A stretch of 64,000 nucleotides of DNA from Corallochytrium limacisporum Hawaii (Eukaryota; Protista; Pluriformea): positions 148,297-212,296 of the forward strand of contig PDIP01000057.1 in the NCBI GenBank assembly GCA_002811645.1, in the 5' to 3' direction. Of the stretch, positions 21,213-30,588 are shown in pieces. The notes beneath the pieces are model-generated. The model had not been told where the DNA came from. It did no database searches and was given only the letters and a program-made list of their open reading frames with translations. Positions within the stretch are counted from its first letter, which is position 1. Every line of letters starts with the position of its first letter. The translations under genes were made by a program, and so were the position numbers.

Positions 21213-22943
21213 TCAGCTCCATTTCGGTGTGGCGGAGAGGACCATGTCCTTGCCATACTGGGTGTACTGCGGATCCTCCAGCTGAGGTAATTCGACCTTG
21301 GCAGCCTCGCGGCCGAGGGCGTTGAAGCCGTTGAGGAACTTAGGGGAGATGGTCACCACGAGTTGGTCCACGAGACGAGAAGAGAGGAAGGCCTGAATGA
21401 TGGATGCGCCCCCTTCGACCATAAGAGACTCGTAGCCCATTTTTCCGAGATTGTCCAGGACGTGCTCAAGGTCGACCTGACCACCAGTGTTGACCGGGGT
21501 CTTGACTACCTTGGCACCCAGGTTCTCAAGCTCAGCAACCTTGTCCTTGTTGACCATCGTACCGCACATGATGATAGGCTTGATGTCGTTCTTGAGCAAG
21601 CGGCGGTCGAGGGGAAATCGCAGATGAGTATCCAGCACAACAGGCTGCGGATTTGGTCCTTCAACCAAGCGCACGGTCAGACGCGGGTCATCGGCTACAA
21701 CGGTGCCAATACCGACAAGGATGGCAGAGTGGCGAGCCCGAAGACGGTGGGTCATTTCCATACTTTCCTCGCCACTGATTGCCACCTGCTTACGTCCCCG
21801 ATCAGCGATACTGCCGTCCAAAGTTTGTGCAAAGGTAAGTGTAACATATGGTCTGGCTGCAGCAGTGCTTTCGCTTACACGGCGCCTATTGAGCTTGCGC
21901 AGAGTGCTAATGGATGGAGAGGGAGCCCGCTGAAGGCTGCGACCGCTACTACGCCGGACCTGACGTTCCTTGGCAATGGCCTTCATGTCCACGGGACCCT
22001 TTTCATCCGAGTCACTATCCCCACTCCGCTCACTGAAGCTGCTCTCGTCTTCGGTCTGGCCCGTAGTTTCCCGCATATCAATGCGAATGCCCGCTTCCCT
22101 ATCCTCCAGGCGAATCCGCTGCTTACCGTCGGAGCGCATGGTCTTGCGCATAGTTATACCGTTGACCGTAGCCTGAGAAGGTCCAGACTCGTCTGTCTTG
22201 AGCTCATCCAGCTGCTGCGCCAGAATGTTGAGGTTGAGCATATGGTCCATGCGCTTGACCTTGGTGGCGAGGTAGCTAAGATTGTGCTCGCTGCGCAGGG
22301 CCGGATGCATGGGCATGCGGTCAGCTATATTGATGCCATATTGCTGGAGATCTTCAATTTTCCGAGGGTTGTTAGTGAGGAGTTGCACTGACTTCACTCC
22401 TAAGTCCTTCAGCATGTCGGCAGCAATACGGTAGTCGCGTTCATCGGCGCCATGGCCCAGCATCAGATTTGCCTCGACTGTGTCATACCCCTGATCCTGC
22501 AATCTATACGCTTTAAGTTTCTCTTTGAGTCCGATGCCACGACCTTCCTGACGAAGGTAAAGGATGATACCCCGACCCTGCTCAGCGACGAAATCCATGG
22601 CTGTCCGCAACTGTTCCCCACAATCGCATCGCAACGATCCCATGATGTCGCCGGTAAAGCACTCGGAGTGCACTCGCACCGGAAGCTTTTCCGCATTCTT
22701 AGGATCCCCGACAACAAAGGCCAAATGTTCCTTCCCGTCGTACTGGCTGTCATAAATATGGAGATCGAACGGACCAATTGATGTGGGAATGGTAGCAGAA
22801 ATCGCTGAGAGCTCGGGTTCGTTCTTCAAAACCTCTTTCAATTTGTCATGGGCCACTTGCGCCTGTTTACCATGTTGCTCAACATCGGTCCCAGAGTCCC
22901 GTGTCATGTTGAAACTGTCGCTTGCTTCGCCTTCAACGTACAT
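21213..22943 (-). CDS. Fusion of GTP cyclohydrolase II (RibA/RIB1) and RibD C-terminal/RIB7-type pyrimidine reductase
   Basis: N-terminal VRVHSECFTGDIMGSLRCDCGEQL, YLRQEGRGIGL, LLTNNPRK. C-terminal RPYVTLTFAQTLDGSIA, HRLRARHSAILVGIGTVVADDPRLTVR, LMVEGGA. Joined by a ~120-aa charged linker. Confidence 0.93.
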   Translation of the reverse strand: MYVEGEASDSFNMTRDSGTDVEQHGKQAQVAHDKLKEVLKNEPELSAISATIPTSIGPFDLHIYDSQYDGKEHLAFVVGDPKNAEKLPVRVHSECFTGDIMGSLRCDCGEQLRTAMDFVAEQGRGIILYLRQEGRGIGLKEKLKAYRLQDQGYDTVEANLMLGHGADERDYRIAADMLKDLGVKSVQLLTNNPRKIEDLQQYGINIADRMPMHPALRSEHNLSYLATKVKRMDHMLNLNILAQQLDELKTDESGPSQATVNGITMRKTMRSDGKQRIRLEDREAGIRIDMRETTGQTEDESSFSERSGDSDSDEKGPVDMKAIAKERQVRRSSGRSLQRAPSPSISTLRKLNRRRVSESTAAARPYVTLTFAQTLDGSIADRGRKQVAISGEESMEMTHRLRARHSAILVGIGTVVADDPRLTVRLVEGPNPQPVVLDTHLRFPLDRRLLKNDIKPIIMCGTMVNKDKVAELENLGAKVVKTPVNTGGQVDLEHVLDNLGKMGYESLMVEGGASIIQAFLSSRLVDQLVVTISPKFLNGFNALGREAAKVELPQLEDPQYTQYGKDMVLSATPKWS

Positions 22944-24517
22944 TTGTGTCTAGAAAGTACCTATCGCTCAGTAGCTGAGCACTATACTATGCAGTTCGAA
23001 AACCTTGTCCCTATCCGCTAAACAACACACGTGTGGTCCTCACTTTGTCGTCGTAGTACAAATCACCAGTCGCTTTGTGAACCTTGTTCTCTCACTCGCA
23101 GCAAGTTGGCTTATACTCGACGCTGCTAATTATATATAAATTCTGTTCATGAATGTTGCAACAGGCTCTTGGTATTCCCCTTCACGTACCTCTCCGGCAT
23201 GTACCCAACTTAGGATTCGATGCGGCTCACGGAAACTTGAACCCTGAGCGCGGTGCCGTCTTCAAATGTTTATGCCATCTAAAATGATCCAACAATCCGC
23301 TGACAAGGCACACTCGAACCTCGGTTCGCTGGCGGCTTCTGAGCCTTCGAAGTCTCTCCGTTGGTGCGGCGGCCAACACTTCCAGAACTCAACCTGCACG
23401 GCCCCAGCCCTAGGCTGACCAGCCAGTCCATAGGTCTCGTGTGTGAGTCGTGTTTATTTTTGGACTTCGGTGGATGGGAGGGCTTGAGTTTATAGTTCCT
23501 TCCGGTTTGTCCCAGAATCTTTGCTTCGGACATGGGTATTATATTAAACGATTACGACTGCACTCTTTGGCACCTTACTTAACCTACCACAAAGTGCAAC
23601 ACGAGGAAAAAAATCAAAGTTCTCCCCCCCCTTCACTCCTCTCATCTTCCTCAGTTTAGCTCCTGGTGCAAAATACTACAAGAAAAAGTGTTTACGCAGA
23701 GAACTGATCACGGCTGGGCAATAGCCGTGGGTCGTGTGCCTCGTCCTCTAACACTCTTCTCCGTATTTTCGTTGGCACTTTCCACTGCAGAACACGCCGA
23801 CCGTACCCTTCAGCCCGCTGCGATCTCCCCTACTTTCAATACCACAGCGTGATCTACCGGCCACCGAATGCCGCGAAACGGGGAGTACCTGGGGGCCCTG
23901 CTTGGCTGCCGGTGGGGTCTATTTTTACTCTCCAGGAGCTCGTTCCCTGCTGAATGTACCGAAGCGTCCGCCGGAAGAGGGGAAGGGGGTGGGGGGAAAG
24001 AAGATCAGGGCCGTGGCCTGCGGTCTGCAGAAGAAGAAGAAAAAAAGCGGGTTCTACCCCCCCCCCTTTCAGCCCCCGGTGATTCCGACGGCTTTTTCTG
24101 CCGGACCCTACAGACAGGGATTTTTTCTACTCGTTCTCCGCAGCGGGCAAATATGCAAGAGCACAGCAAAGAAATCAGCGGTCGCGAGGGGGTTTTCTTT
24201 GACCGTCGAAGTGTACATACTTCCAAGGAGAAAGAATATCATTCCATTGCTCACGCCGCCAAGTCTCTCTCCGTCTGGTGCGTAGCAGTATATAGACCGG
24301 GGAAAAAGGTTTTTAATAGGTCTCGATGCCGTCGCTTGTGCGTAAAGAGGTGTCAGCGTGGCCATTCTCCTTTGGGCGGGGGGGTGACACATGACCAGCT
24401 CTGCTGCGGTGGGGTACCCCTTCCCCGCGGGTTCGGGTGTGACGGATGGGAGCATCTCCACGGAGCTGGCTCAAGAGTTTGAGTGTGGGACCACGGAAGT
24501 TTCTGTCCGCCTTGCTC

Positions 24518-24523
24518 TATATA

Positions 24524-24564
<41 letters not shown>
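24518..24564 (+). repeat. TATATATA followed by (TC)n microsatellite of about 19 units
   Basis: Direct reading: ctctatatatatctctctct... running to about 24564. Confidence 0.9.
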
Positions 24565-24573
<9 letters not shown>

Positions 24574-25621
24574 CTCTTCCCCGGTTTGTGCTTCCGCTTG
24601 CGCTCCTTTGGTCGCCGTGCTCTCTACCTGTCCTTTGTGCTGTAGCCAATCCAAAAGGTTTTCTCACCTATTTTTTTCTGACGGAGTCGCAAAGCCTGCC
24701 ACACCGCCACCCGTCCTCGGGTCATGAGACGGTAAGGCCATCCCTCTGTTCGGCCGGGCAAAGCTCATACATCAGCAGTTTCCTTCGCCGGCGAAGCAGA
24801 AGGAAAAGCTCCGGGGGTGCCCGTGAGGGCCAAAAAGCCAACCGCCAGCGCCAGCGCCAGCGTCACTGCCCCTCCGTCTCTTTTGCTCTCGCACGGTACT
24901 GTTACCAAAAGATCCGATTCAAGCTTGGGAGTCCTTTTAAACGCAGAAGGTGTGTTGGCTGCTGACCCCTCGCTCCTCTCTCTGTGTCCACGTAGGGGCC
25001 ATGGCCAGGAGGGGACGTGTCAAAAGGAACCAAGAATGCAAGAGTGGGTCGAGAATGCATGTATCGCTCCGCAGTAAAATTATTATGGAGGAACTGATCA
25101 GGCTTGAGCAGTTATCCATACATGCACAGGTAGGCAATGCACAAATAGTTGAACCACCGCTACCTAACCACACAGCACACCAGATTTCTATAGAAAATGT
25201 ACCGGCCGCGACTCCGAAAATACTGGAAAACTCTTTGTGAGAATGAAAGGAAACTTTCTGCAAAGGCGGTACCAAATGTACGAGGGCGAGGCAGCCAAAT
25301 GAGAACCTTGCTAAAGATTGGTGCCCTGTTGCAGGGTTTGGTTTCCTCACCTTCTCGAATTTCTATCCATTTAGTAAATCTCGAGATATCAGGTGGAAAG
25401 CGAAGAATTTCTAGCAAAAGGGAAACAGGAGCGGGAGTTTGGGCGGAAGTGAAGTAACCCAGGAAAAACGCAGTCCTTGATGCAATCTTTCTGCGTACCA
25501 AACTGTTGCGTTTTACTGTAGATTAAGGTAAGGTGCGCTCAAGTGGCAAGGTCTTGGGCCCCAACCGGGGGAGTCGAATTCCCTTGAACTAACTCCGACA
25601 GAGTGGGGCGGCCTAGAGACG

Positions 25622-25902
25622 CCTACGATCGGTATCGTAGGGAGAGCTTGCTGTGCTCCTGCACCGGACCCTGACTATTGCTCTACTCTTCATTGGTCAC
25701 GGCATGCATGACCTTTAGCAGCAAGGAGGCCTTCGGCTATAGATCTGCTCTGGATGTCTCAAGATGCAGCCGAAATAGATGTATTCGAGACGACTGAGTC
25801 GGGCACAAGAATACGATGCTCCCTGCTACTGACGGCCGACGAGGAGCACACAAGATGATAGTGAGCAATAGAACAGAGCGAGCAGCAAGAAAACACAGCA
25901 AG
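25622..25902 (+). ncRNA. Candidate structured RNA element (unclassified)
   Basis: Hairpin 25622-25641 plus four nested helices (see findings); no ORF of 60 aa or more in the track here. Confidence 0.35.
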
Positions 25903-26058
25903 ATTTAAATTGATCGAGCATCTCCGAGTGATCTGGTCAGAGATGTGTTCAGCATTCCAATTCCAGTTCTGTCATGGATGGGATTAGTGCGCTTCGCTAT
26001 TTACTCGATTGATCAGTATGTCCTAAAGATGTACGGATTTGCTCGACAATGAGTGGGA

Positions 26059-27510
26059 CTATTCGATAAGTTCCAATGGCCGGCCGTTGGGTCCGATAAT
26101 GGTTGGTCCGCTGTCTTCAAGGTTATTGCCTCTAGGCATGGCAGAGGACTGGCGGTTCGGAAGTGAGTTCAACACCACGGCCTTCATGCCATCCCAGATC
26201 TTCGCCAGCAACCGGGCTTTCAATTCCCCTGTCTGTTCAGGCTTGCGACAATCAAGGAGGAGGCAATCATCTGTGGTGAGATTCATGTCGGGATAGTCCT
26301 CCGTGAGTTCATTTAAGGTGTTCTTGATGTCGCGGTAGAAGGGCAATACGTCAGCGCGGTCTCCACGACTGACAACCAGGATACTTGGACGCTTGATAAC
26401 CACACTGCCACACGCTTTAAGTTCTTGCAGGAGTAGGCGTAAGATCTCTGGACCAGTTCTCCGAGGGCTGTCCTCCTTGAGTTGGAAGCCAAACGGATCC
26501 ACCACGAGGAGATTCATCTTTGTGCGCTCTACATGTTTAAGGAATGTATGGCCCCTGCCCCGGTTCTCCGAAGCGCCCTCAATAAGACCGGGAATGTCCG
26601 CCAATGTAATGCTTACTCCTCCGTGCTTGTTCGCCTTCAATCCAAAGTTGTACTGCCGTGGTAGCCCAAGGTAGTCACACAGATCCGGATCGAAATCGAT
26701 GTGAGCCACTTGGGGTCGCAGAGTGGTGAATGGGTAGTTTGCCACATGTGCTCGTGCACGAGTCAAACTGTTCAAGAGGCTGGACTTGCCGGCATTGGGG
26801 AACCCGATCAGGCCTACATCTGCAATTGCCTTCAGCTCCAATTGGAAGTGTTTGCCTTTCGGTTTCTTGGCATGCATTTGGCCAGGCATGGGCAGGCCAC
26901 CACTGCCACCTTCTGCGAGGACGAAATGGTCTCCCTCTTTGTCGAGATCCGCCAGGATGCGTCCGCCCTTGATGTACTCGTTCCCACTCTGCCCTTGGCC
27001 CGCTTCATTATCAGTATCGAAAATTGATTTCGCAAGAGTTCGTAACATGGGTGTCCGCACGACGGTCCCTAACGGTACATTGACGTATCGATTCTTCCCA
27101 TTTGTTCCCTTGAGCTTCTTTGGATGTCCGTTACTACCATGGTCAGCCTTCGCACTCGGCGGAACCTCTGCCAGGGAGCAATTCTCAGCAGCGATCAGTA
27201 TCACATTTCCTCCATGTCCGCCAGCGGATGGTGGATTAAGTGAGGCAAAGCCTCCGGTGCCACCCTGTGCATAAATGAATCGTCGGTCCACGAACCGCCG
27301 ACTGGCTCTTTTCCGTCGCTGTGACAGTTTGTTTCCGTATTTCTTGTCATACTCCAGGTCCTCCGGAGTCACCAATGCTCCGTGAGGAATGGTCAAATCC
27401 GATGGGCTAGTTTTGGAACTGTACCATTTCCCTGATAGCAATCCAGCCGGACGGCAATGCGCGACACTGCACCCCCAATGTGGAAGTCGTCTTGTCGTCA
27501 CTGACATCAT
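26059..27510 (-). CDS. GTPBP10: Mitochondrial Obg-family GTPase GTPBP10 (ObgH2)
   Basis: Gly-rich Obg fold, ELKAIADVGLIGFPNAGKSSLL, ANYPFTTLRP, ADIPGLIEGA, GHTFLKHVERT, GTPBP10-type VVDPFGFQL; basic N-terminal presequence. Confidence 0.88.
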   Translation of the reverse strand: MMSVTTRRLPHWGCSVAHCRPAGLLSGKWYSSKTSPSDLTIPHGALVTPEDLEYDKKYGNKLSQRRKRASRRFVDRRFIYAQGGTGGFASLNPPSAGGHGGNVILIAAENCSLAEVPPSAKADHGSNGHPKKLKGTNGKNRYVNVPLGTVVRTPMLRTLAKSIFDTDNEAGQGQSGNEYIKGGRILADLDKEGDHFVLAEGGSGGLPMPGQMHAKKPKGKHFQLELKAIADVGLIGFPNAGKSSLLNSLTRARAHVANYPFTTLRPQVAHIDFDPDLCDYLGLPRQYNFGLKANKHGGVSITLADIPGLIEGASENRGRGHTFLKHVERTKMNLLVVDPFGFQLKEDSPRRTGPEILRLLLQELKACGSVVIKRPSILVVSRGDRADVLPFYRDIKNTLNELTEDYPDMNLTTDDCLLLDCRKPEQTGELKARLLAKIWDGMKAVVLNSLPNRQSSAMPRGNNLEDSGPTIIGPNGRPLELIE

Positions 27511-27745
27511 TTCTGCTCTACATTAGGTCATGGTTGGCAATTTACGAACGAAATCCTGATAAGCAGATTCCTCAGATCACTCAAAACGATTCGTACTGGC
27601 TTGTCTCATAAATACAATGCCCATGTCACAAGACATCACGACAAATTCTCCCTCAAGCATAAAATGTGAGCTTGCAAGACACTGTTGAATACCCGCCAGG
27701 AGTGTTGCAACCCGGCCCCACACGCGCCAGCCGACGAGTGGGGGG

Positions 27746-27825
27746 GCGGGGCGGGTCAATAATTGATTCGTCGGCCAGCAGCGGGGCGGGTCAATAATTG
27801 ATTCGTCGGCCAGCAGCGGGGCGGG
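27746..27825 (+). repeat. 35-bp perfect tandem duplication with GC boxes in a bidirectional promoter
   Basis: gcggggcgggtcaataattgattcgtcggccagca at 27746-27780 and 27781-27815, plus a partial third copy to 27825. Confidence 0.9.
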
Positions 27826-27989
27826 GCAGTGTAGAGCTATGTCCGAACGTAACCAGCTACTTAATGCCGCCTACCTTGTGCGTCCTTCTGGATCCGTTTG
27901 AGGATAGGGTTCATGCGATATGATTCTGTGTTGAAAGTTGAAAGCACAAAGGGTTGCAATAGCAGGATGCGAGCGGAAGCCTCGTCGAC

Positions 27990-28949
27990 ATGGCAGGCGA
28001 CGTAAATGAAGAGGACGAGATCCGTGAAAAGGTTGCGGAATTGGTCGCGTACAAAATTGCAACGACTAAGGAATGGAATCGGATTTGTGATTTGTATAGT
28101 AAGATAAAGAATACTAAAAACACCGAGAACTATGAAGAGATGTGCTTGGATCTTTTCCGAAAATGCGAGGCTTTGCGAGAGTTCGAAGTGGAGGACGAAA
28201 GTGCTGAGGCAGTGAATACGAGGCAACCGCAGCAGACCATTGCACCGGAGCATCGCAGTCACAATGTTGCTTGGAGCGAAAAGGAACAGGAACTGCTGAA
28301 CTTTCTACTAATTAAGTATCCACCGGAGAAGATCAAGTCGAATCGCCACCGGAAGATTGCTGCCGAGTTCCCAACGAGGACAGCGCGCCAGGTCGAGTCA
28401 AGAATACAGAAGGTCGAGACCTGGAAACGCAAACAACGCCGCCAGGCACGGAGGAAGCAGAATGTGAAGAAGATGGAATCCAGCAAAGAGCCTGAATTGG
28501 GGAGTCGTTCAAAGACAATAGTGTCAGCTGCCGATACAAGCTACCGTGAAGCACTTGCGCGTCAAGGTGTCTATCCCGCGATGCTAGAGGACTATGTGCC
28601 GCCTCGGGTACTCATGGAAGGTGATGCCGCAGGCCGGCCAGTATCAGTACCATCAGCCAGAAAGAACGGTAACCTTGATGAATCTGACCACCACATTGGG
28701 TACGCTTGCGATGGCTGCGGGATCGAGCCGATCATCGGACCGCGGTACGAGTGTATCTCTTGCCGGGAAGCCGCACCGGCTGGTACGGAGGTCAGCGTAG
28801 ATTTTTGCAGCGTGTGCCATGATAAGCAAGTCCGTGGTGACACTTGGATTCACCTTCGGGGCCATCGTCAGAAGATCCATAAGAAAGCCGTGGATGCCAC
28901 CCTCCTAGAGTTCAATTATCTGATCCCAGAAGACACCCCCGGGTATTGA
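27990..28949 (+). CDS. ZZZ3: ZZZ3-like protein (Myb/SANT + ZZ zinc finger; ATAC1)
   Basis: SANT-like WSEKEQELLNFLLIKYPPE..RHRKIAAEFPTRTARQVESRIQK; ZZ finger HIGYACDGCGIEPIIGPRYECISC..DFCSVC..H...H; C-terminal NYL as in ZZZ3. Confidence 0.85.
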   Translation: MAGDVNEEDEIREKVAELVAYKIATTKEWNRICDLYSKIKNTKNTENYEEMCLDLFRKCEALREFEVEDESAEAVNTRQPQQTIAPEHRSHNVAWSEKEQELLNFLLIKYPPEKIKSNRHRKIAAEFPTRTARQVESRIQKVETWKRKQRRQARRKQNVKKMESSKEPELGSRSKTIVSAADTSYREALARQGVYPAMLEDYVPPRVLMEGDAAGRPVSVPSARKNGNLDESDHHIGYACDGCGIEPIIGPRYECISCREAAPAGTEVSVDFCSVCHDKQVRGDTWIHLRGHRQKIHKKAVDATLLEFNYLIPEDTPGY

Positions 28950-29030
28950 CATAGACAGGTATTGTACATTGTATTGTATAAATGCGTTGTAATTATTTGA
29001 TAATTCTTGTGCAAACTCTTTGTAGCGAGG

Positions 29031-29330
29031 CTACCCATATGCTTCTACCAATGCATACTGGATGTTCAATTCTCCATTGCTCTCCTTGAAACACGCATGA
29101 AGATTCTCAAGCGACTCTGTTGCTGTGGGAATGAAGGATTGCCCAATGTAGCAGAACAAGGCACTACCTTCCCCTAGTCCTAAGAGACCTCTCAGGATCG
29201 ATACAATCTTCCCAAAGTTATCCTGTGCGTTAACTTTGAACTTTTTCTTCTTTAAGATGGGAGCATTACCCGTGGCCACAAAGCGCACCGTCACCTTTCC
29301 CGTGTCTACGGCTGGCGCTACTTCGGTCAT
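29031..29330 (-). CDS. ATG12: Ubiquitin-like autophagy protein Atg12
   Basis: KVTVRFVATGNAPILKKKKFKV, LFCYIGQSFIP, ELNIQYALVEAYG ending in Gly. Confidence 0.93.
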   Translation of the reverse strand: MTEVAPAVDTGKVTVRFVATGNAPILKKKKFKVNAQDNFGKIVSILRGLLGLGEGSALFCYIGQSFIPTATESLENLHACFKESNGELNIQYALVEAYG

Positions 29331-29808
29331 TGTGTGCTTTGTTCTATTCTATCCCCATAGTGTCTCGGAGCTACCAAACAGTCTTTACTGTGCCATTGTC
29401 TGTCATTGAGATCGTACTGCGTGTGGTGCATGTAACAAGTGAACTACCTTTCGCAAGAGTGCATGTCACAACTAATTTCTTCCGCAACACAAGGCCCAAC
29501 ACATCAGCGCCGTGCCTTGGGGAAAACACCAGAACTTCGCAATGCGAAGACCCGTCCCGTCAGCCCCCCCTTTCCGGGTCTCCTTTCCCTGGCGCCCCGG
29601 GGGCAACTCCGGCCCACCCGTTTCGTCTGCGTCTGCGGATCCTGTGGTATTTCACGAGCAAGGGACTACGGTGCTTCGAGTTTCCTATCATCGACCCCGG
29701 TGAATGACAGACATGGTCTCATATTGACGATGCAAGGACGAAAACGACAACTTATGGACGCTTCGAGCGCAGGTGGTGTAGCTGCCGGAGGAACTTAGTG
29801 TAGTCAAC

Positions 29809-30540
29809 ATGGACTTTGATCAAGAGTCACCGGGAAGCACCAGCAGTAGTGGTAGTGCAGAACTGGACTCTGTGTGGAAGCCGGGACTGGAGGCACTGAT
29901 CGATGAATACGACCAATACGAACGTAATGTAGCCCGTCTGCAAGCCCCCGTCGATAAGGAAACCGAGAACTTGGATCACCGAGTCAGAGATGCTTTGCTC
30001 GATGCGTACCAGCGCGGGCTGGAACAGCGCAACAGTCGACACGCTCTGGCTCAGCGTTTGAGGGTACACGATCTCGGTGATAATGACGAAGCAATTGGAG
30101 CATACCGTAAAGTGGCTCGTCTGCTCTCGGCAGAAAATTGGCAGCACTACCTGGCATCACACCGCGCACTCATGAAGCTCGAGGACAGGGTGCACGCAGC
30201 TCAGAGATCCTCACCATCTGAAGGCTCAACTGGAGCAGAGACCAAGCCGAAACCCAAGCCCAAAAATTTCCGGCTGGACCGCCTGGACGGAGTGGAATTA
30301 CTCACGGCCGAGGAGCGGGATCTGTGTACGCTGATCAGACTGGAACCGAAGACCTACCTTAACATCAAGGCGGTCTTCACCAGGGAGGACCAAAACCTCG
30401 GCGGTACCTTGCGGCTCCGTCGCGCTCGCCAACTGATCCGCATCGATGTCAATAAGACGAGACGCATCTACGATTTTTTGGTAGATCGAGGACTGATTGC
30501 GCAGACCAAACCAAACAAAGATAGACAGAGAGGCAAATAA
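29809..30540 (+). CDS. TADA2A: Ada2/TADA2A-like protein, N-terminally truncated (middle helical region + SWIRM only)
   Basis: SWIRM ELLTAEERDLCTLIRLEPKTYL..LRLRRARQLIRIDVNKTRRIYDFLVDRGLI; Ada2 middle region KPGLEALIDEYDQY..LLDAYQRGLEQRNSR; no ZZ or SANT. Confidence 0.8.
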   Translation: MDFDQESPGSTSSSGSAELDSVWKPGLEALIDEYDQYERNVARLQAPVDKETENLDHRVRDALLDAYQRGLEQRNSRHALAQRLRVHDLGDNDEAIGAYRKVARLLSAENWQHYLASHRALMKLEDRVHAAQRSSPSEGSTGAETKPKPKPKNFRLDRLDGVELLTAEERDLCTLIRLEPKTYLNIKAVFTREDQNLGGTLRLRRARQLIRIDVNKTRRIYDFLVDRGLIAQTKPNKDRQRGK

Positions 30541-30588
30541 AAAAACCTTCATGGTGTATTAAATCATATACAAACCGCGAACTGGTTG

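Noticed and set aside
22944-23280. FMN riboswitch upstream of the riboflavin fusion gene
   Set aside because: No RFN consensus blocks; only a TATA-like tract and a 6-bp hairpin.
25163-25169. CCTAACC as a telomerase RNA template (also ccctaactaaccc near 15431)
   Set aside because: Too short or interrupted to template TTAGGG with an alignment region.
25706-25760. SECIS-like ATGA..AA..GA
   Set aside because: Helix II pairs poorly and there is no upstream selenoprotein-like ORF.
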